Below, piece after piece: positions 57,974-64,000 of a stretch of 64,000 nt of DNA. The stretch is taken from assembly GCA_964016885.1 (NCBI GenBank), contig CAXHJY010001100.1, forward strand, positions 1 through 64,000, written 5' to 3'. Below the pieces are notes generated by a model that saw only the letters and a program-made list of their open reading frames with translations, searched no databases and was not told where the DNA came from. The translations under genes and the position numbers were made by a program. Each line of letters begins with the position of its first letter. The stretch's first letter is position 1. The DNA comes from Eledone cirrhosa (Eukaryota).

Positions 57974-58163
57974 CAAAGGAAATGTGGTAAGGAACCAGAT
58001 GGACTATAACGCACCAGGGTACTCAGTACTTAGGGTAGTAGAGTGGGTAATAGGAAAAAGTATGACCCCCGACGGCAGAGATCAAGCCGTTTCGACGGCT
58101 ATTTCTGGACTTAGAAATAGCCGCCGAAACGGCTTGAGCTCTGCCATCGGGGTCATACTTTTT

Positions 58164-58167
<4 letters not shown>
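57974..58167 (-). mobile_element. Family A fold-back copy
   Basis: Homolog of 2462-2667, subfamily of 53811-53925. Confidence 0.85.
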
Positions 58168-58234
<67 letters not shown>

Positions 58235-58350
58235 ATATATATCTATATATATATATATATGTATGTATATATATATATATATAATGGAAAAATTTGAACA
58301 GGAACAAAACAGAGAGGCAGTACAACGAATGTTTATTAATTTCACGCTCT

Positions 58351-58402
<52 letters not shown>

Positions 58403-58438
58403 TTATACAGAGAGTTTGCATATATATATATATGTATA

Positions 58439-58515
<77 letters not shown>

Positions 58516-59045
58516 GTATATATATATATATATATGTATATATATGTATATATATATATATATATGTATATATATGTGTATATATATGTATATATACGCA
58601 AACTCAAATGACTCATCCTTTTGTGTAGATTCACGGGGAATACAAACATCCAGTACATAGATCTATCTATTTTCTTTCTCTCTTTTTGTTTATATATATA
58701 TATGCACACACACACACAGAGACACACACACAGACACAAATACACACATACACACACACACATACACACAGAGACACACACACACACACAAATACACACA
58801 CACAGAGACAGACAGACCCACACAGACACACACACACACACAAATACACACACACAGAGACAGACAGACCCACACAGACACACACACACACACACAAATA
58901 CACACATACACACACACACACACACAGAGACACACACAAACACAAACATACACATACACACAGACACACACACACAAATACACACATACACATACACACA
59001 CACACACAGAGACACAGACAGACACACACAGACACACACACACAC

Positions 59046-59115
<70 letters not shown>

Positions 59116-59330
59116 ACACACAGACACACACACAGACACACACACACACACACACGGACACACACACACACATTGAGGATTGCCCCTAGATCAGACTGGA
59201 AATGTTAGTCAGTGCTGGACAGGAAATCGAAAATATTGTGTCTCCAGTCAAACAGCCATGTTTTCTTCTCTGTGGGAGAGCCACGCCCTAAAAATGACTG
59301 CCTATATATATATATATATTTATATACACA

Positions 59331-59396
<66 letters not shown>

Positions 59397-59410
59397 GTTA
59401 TATATATATA

Positions 59411-59469
59411 CAACTCTATTATATATAGAAATGTCTTTTACGGGACTAGAACTGTATACATACCCCCCC

Positions 59470-59559
<90 letters not shown>

Positions 59560-59688
59560 AAACACGAATGTAACAGTTCTAGTCCCGTAAAAGACATTTC
59601 TATATATAATAGAGTTGTCTATACTCTACCAACCTATTGAGTACCTCTTATAGCTGTTGTTACCCCCGATACAACTCTGGAACCTATA
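59411..59688 (+). mobile_element. Family B-related fold-back copy split by microsatellites
   Basis: caactctattatatatagaaatgtcttttacgggactagaactgt and its reverse complement at 59573-59617. The tail carries TATTGAGTAC. Confidence 0.7.
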
Positions 59689-59689
59689 T

Positions 59690-59727
<38 letters not shown>

Positions 59728-59757
59728 GTGTATATATATATATATATATATATATGG

Positions 59758-59796
<39 letters not shown>

Positions 59797-59799
<3 letters not shown>

Positions 59800-60000
59800 C
59801 GAAGGAAATGTGGTAAGGAACCAAGTGGACCATAACGCACCAAAGTACTCAATACTTGAGGTAGTAGAGTGGGTAATAGGAACCAGTAAGACCCCGACGG
59901 CTGAGCTCAAGCCGTTTCGACGGCTAATTCTGGACTCAATTAGCCGTCCAGAATTAGCCGTCGAAACGGCTTGAGCTCAGCCGTCGGGGTCTTACTGGTT

Positions 60001-60004
<4 letters not shown>
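59797..60004 (-). mobile_element. Family A fold-back copy
   Basis: Reverse complement of 2462-2667. Confidence 0.85.
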
Positions 60005-60082
<78 letters not shown>

Positions 60083-60181
60083 TGTATATATATATATATA
60101 TGTCTGCCTCTCTGTTTTGTTCCCGTCTATATATATATAGGCATGTATATATATAGGCATGTATATATATATAATATATAC

Positions 60182-60252
<71 letters not shown>

Positions 60253-60422
60253 TCTGCCTCACGTGCAAACATACACATAAATACTTTTGCAAATGCATCT
60301 TTGCATGTATATATGTATATATATATATCCTAGGTGGATGGAAAAAGAAACTCCCTATTACAAATTGTTCATAACGTTATTCATTATTAGAGGATATTTT
60401 CATAAAACCTCTTTATATTGAA

Positions 60423-61007
60423 CTAACAGTGGAACCCGGCGTTGCACGGGATAAGGTATTTTGGAACGCGGGCCGCCAATTGACCTAATCGTGGAAAAAC
60501 TGCATGCCTGGAGAATGTGTAAAGAAAATAAACCGAATACTCTGATGGCTGGATAATCTTTGAGATATTCCTCGAGGAAGCAGGAAAAAATGCAGGTTTT
60601 CACCTAATGCGGGCCCTAGGGGATCAAGAAAATGAATTTTCGGGAAATTGAAATGAAATTTCGGAAAAATTCGGAAAATCGGATAGACGTAACGCCTCAA
60701 AAGAGCCCTAAAAAGCTGAAAAAATGAAGTTTTTCACCTAATGCGGGCCCTAGGCCATAAAAAAGTTGGATTTTCTTTCGCTCACTGTATGAAGAAGAGA
60801 CTGACTAATACATAGTTACAATTTCAAGGAAATCGGTCTGACGTAACGCCTAAAAAAACCCCCTAAAAAGCTGAAAAAAACGCAGTTTTTCACCTAGTGC
60901 GGGCCCTAGGGGATCAAAAAGTTGAATTTTTTTAGGTACATAACACTCCCTGAAACATAAGTAATACATATGTAGTGTTTGAAAAAAATCGGTTGGGTAC
61001 TTCTCGG

Positions 61008-61054
<47 letters not shown>

Positions 61055-61077
61055 ACCATCAGTTTTATATATATAGA
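60423..61077 (-). mobile_element. Non-autonomous Helitron-like element
   Basis: Minus strand A|TCTATATATATAAAA...(TG)n...subterminal hairpin CCCGTGCAACGCCGGG...TTAG|T. Internal repeats cacctaRtgcgggccctagg at 60601, 60735 and 60891. Confidence 0.75.
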
Positions 61078-61173
61078 TAGTATAATGATATAATTATATA
61101 AAGATATAATTATATAATTATATAATGATATAATTATATAATGATATAAGGATATAATGATATAATTATTTCT

Positions 61174-61736
61174 ACCAGCAATTATCCCAGTGCATTACTG
61201 GTACTTTATTTTATCGACCCTCGTAAGAATGAAAGGCAAAGTTAACCTCGGCGAGATTTGATCTTAGAACGTAAAGGGCCGTAACAATGCTGCTAAACTC
61301 TTGTCTGTCTGAAGCTCTAATGATTATGCCAACCAAAATAATGATTTCTACTTTAGGCACAAGGCCAGCAATTAACCCCAGTGTATTACTGGTACTTTAT
61401 TTTATCGACCCCCGTAAGGATGAAAGGCAAATTCAACTTCGTTGGGATTTGAACTCAGACCGCAAAGGGCCATAACTCTATGCTACAAAGCATGGCGTCC
61501 GACCCTCTACCGATACTGCCAATCCATCAATGATATAATGATATAATTGCTTCTACTTTTGGCACAAGGCCAGCAATTAACTCCCAGTGTATTACTGGTA
61601 CTTTATTTTATCGACCCCCCGTAAGGGTGAAAGGCAAATTCAACCTCGTTGGGATTTAAACCCAGACCGCAAAGAGCCATAACTCTATGCTACAAAGCTT
61701 GGCGTCCAACGTTCTACCGATTCTAGCAATCCACCG
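61174..61736 (-). mobile_element. Three SINE S1 copies
   Basis: Reverse complements of S1. Confidence 0.85.
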
Positions 61737-61754
61737 ATGTACATGGTGTACAGT

Positions 61755-62085
61755 GTTAACACTCTACATCGGTCTCAGAGTTCTCCACCAGTGCTTGCAA
61801 TCCTCTTGGTATATCCTCAACTGACTTCATCAGGAACTCAGGCGGTTTGTTGGTCAATTTATGATAAATGCGTTTCTCGAATTGAGTCAAAGTTTTTGGT
61901 TATGAACTAGTAACGTCTTCCTTCGCCCACACAAACGGGATAACAATCGTAAAGCCAGGCCTTCTTGTTAGTCATTCATGCGGACTTCGAAGACCCAGTA
62001 AACGTCCTGGAAATGTAGACTAAGCCACCCACGGATAGTTTGTGCAAAATTAGGAGAGGCCCTACCTTACATGAATATGACGTCA
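61755..62085 (-). pseudogene. Tc1/mariner transposase C-terminal remnant
   Basis: IFM*GRASPNFAQTIRGWL..FPGRLLGLRSPHE*..RRP..WAKED..PKTLTQFEKRI..PPEFLMKSVEDIPRGLQALVEN resembles the FMQDGAPPH / FPGRW.GR / WP.RSPDL region, with stops and frameshifts. Confidence 0.8.
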
Positions 62086-62205
62086 TTGATGAGATCACAG
62101 TCGGCCAACAGTTATAAATAATTTTATGTACAATAGGAGTTTTTTTTCCACCCACACTGTATATACCGTATATAGTCTGTATATACAGTGTATATATACT
62201 GTATA

Positions 62206-62313
<108 letters not shown>

Positions 62314-62385
62314 CATATATTTATATATATATATATATATATATATACATACATGCATACATATATATATATGTGCATATTTATA

Positions 62386-62445
<60 letters not shown>

Positions 62446-62455
62446 TACACCCCCT

Positions 62456-62504
<49 letters not shown>

Positions 62505-62915
62505 TATAGATATATATATATAGATATATATATATGCACTCTAATCACGGTATGTGTGCTCTTATGTGTATATAGCATGTGTGTGCAGTGTGTGAATATG
62601 TGTATGTCTTTGTGTCTGGTCTGTGTATGTATGGTAACCTATTTTTTTTTATATCATGACTAGTTTCGTCAAATATCTGCACACATCGATTCTATTTCCT
62701 GAATTTCGACCTGTTCCCACTTGTTAGAAGCCTTATTTCATTTCATTGACGGCTGAAATGTGACAGGAAGCTATAGTCCTCCTTCTTTCTTCTCACCACC
62801 CTTTTTTAATTATCACAAACCTTGTCGACACAATTAGCATAAATAAAACATTTGCATTGCGGACATTCATTCTGTTTATCTTCTTTATTCTTCTCTATTT
62901 ATTATTTTACTTTGG

Positions 62916-62947
<32 letters not shown>

Positions 62948-62972
62948 GGTGGTCGTGGTGGTGGTGGTGGGG

Positions 62973-63552
62973 GATGGTAATATCATTAGAGCGTTGAATA
63001 ACATGCTTTGTGGCATTCAGTTATGCTCCTTTAGGTTCTGAGTTCAAGTCCCGTTAACGTTAACTTTGCCTTTCATCATTACGGGGGGGTTCGATAAAAT
63101 AAAAGTACCAGTAACGCACTGGGGTCGATTTAATCGACTTTTTCCCTCCCCTAAAATTGCTGGCCTTGTGCTTATATAAGAAACCGTAGAGGGTCGGACG
63201 CCATGCTTTGTAGCATAGTTACGTCCCTTTACTGTCTGAGTTCAAATCAAGTCGAGGTTAACTTTGCCTTTCATCATTACGGGGGTCGATAAAATAAAAG
63301 TACCAGTAACGCACTGGGGTCGATTTAATCGACTTTTTCCCTCCCCTAAAATTGCTGGCCTTGTGCTTATATAAGAAACCGTATGGGGTCGGACGCCATG
63401 CTTTGTAGCATAGTTACGTCCCTTTACTGTCTGAGTTCAAATCAAGTCGAGGTTAACTTTGCCTTTCATCCTTACGAGGGTCGATAAAATAAAAGTACCA
63501 GTAATGCACTGGTGATAATTGATGGCCTTGTGCCAAAAGTATAAACAATTAT
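62973..63552 (+). mobile_element. Tandem trimer of SINE S1 (about 195-bp period)
   Basis: gttaactttgcctttcatc at about 63059, 63257 and 63452. Confidence 0.85.
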
Positions 63553-63814
63553 TATACTTAACTGTTGTTATTGCAAAGCTCCAGATCAAACTCTGATCAA
63601 GCAAATATGTATCTGTTCTCCATACAAACTGACTGATAGGGAGCCCCAAACTTCCAAATAGGCCGCATGTCTTCACCAGATCTATGTATGTACGTATGGT
63701 CCCGTAACTCCCGGTAGACTTGTAAAGGCCCCCGTGTTGATATATGGCGTTTCTTGGGCATTTTAAACCTGGCGGAACCCATTCCTCTCCAGGCCTGAGT
63801 ACATCAGATTTCTT

Positions 63815-63906
<92 letters not shown>

Positions 63907-64000
63907 GGGGGGATGAGAAAGAGAGATAGTGGAAGAATCGATCCCAGTGCTTTTATGGAGCTCGAAAGGATGAAAGGCCAAACTGACCTCGGCGAAATTT

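Larger units (their letters stand above)
60329..62161 (-). mobile_element. Decayed Tc1/mariner transposon with nested insertions
   Basis: Degenerate TIRs ggtggatggaaaaagaaactccctatt and aataggagttttttttccacccacactgTA, with a transposase remnant inside. Confidence 0.7.

Overview
Eukaryotic, very AT-rich and repeat-dominated DNA. It is most likely from a coleoid cephalopod such as an octopus, an inference from the SINE types and the extreme (TA)n/(CA)n/(TATG)n load. No complete host protein-coding gene can be supported, and almost all listed ORFs are microsatellite translations. The window holds two tRNA-derived SINE families (about 25 copies), 3' fragments of RTE-, R4/Dong- and L1/Tx1-type LINEs, a decayed Tc1/mariner element with a nested non-autonomous Helitron and SINEs, several MITEs, a 6.3-kb 74-bp satellite, other minisatellites and a GC-rich AGGTCA array. 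The main unexpected signal is at least 8 different families of short (about 100-300 bp) non-coding elements embedded in (TA)n tracts. They carry type I hammerhead ribozyme (HHR) motifs, several of them complete. Three families use the compensatory U3-A8 core (UUGAAAA instead of CUGANGA). Copies are often tail-to-tail fold-backs that pivot on the ribozyme helices, and many share a GAGTRC(T) motif near the 3' end. This fits a Penelope-like (PLE pLTR) or retrozyme-like, TA-microsatellite-associated retroelement system. All structures and counts were read by eye, and element boundaries are approximate.
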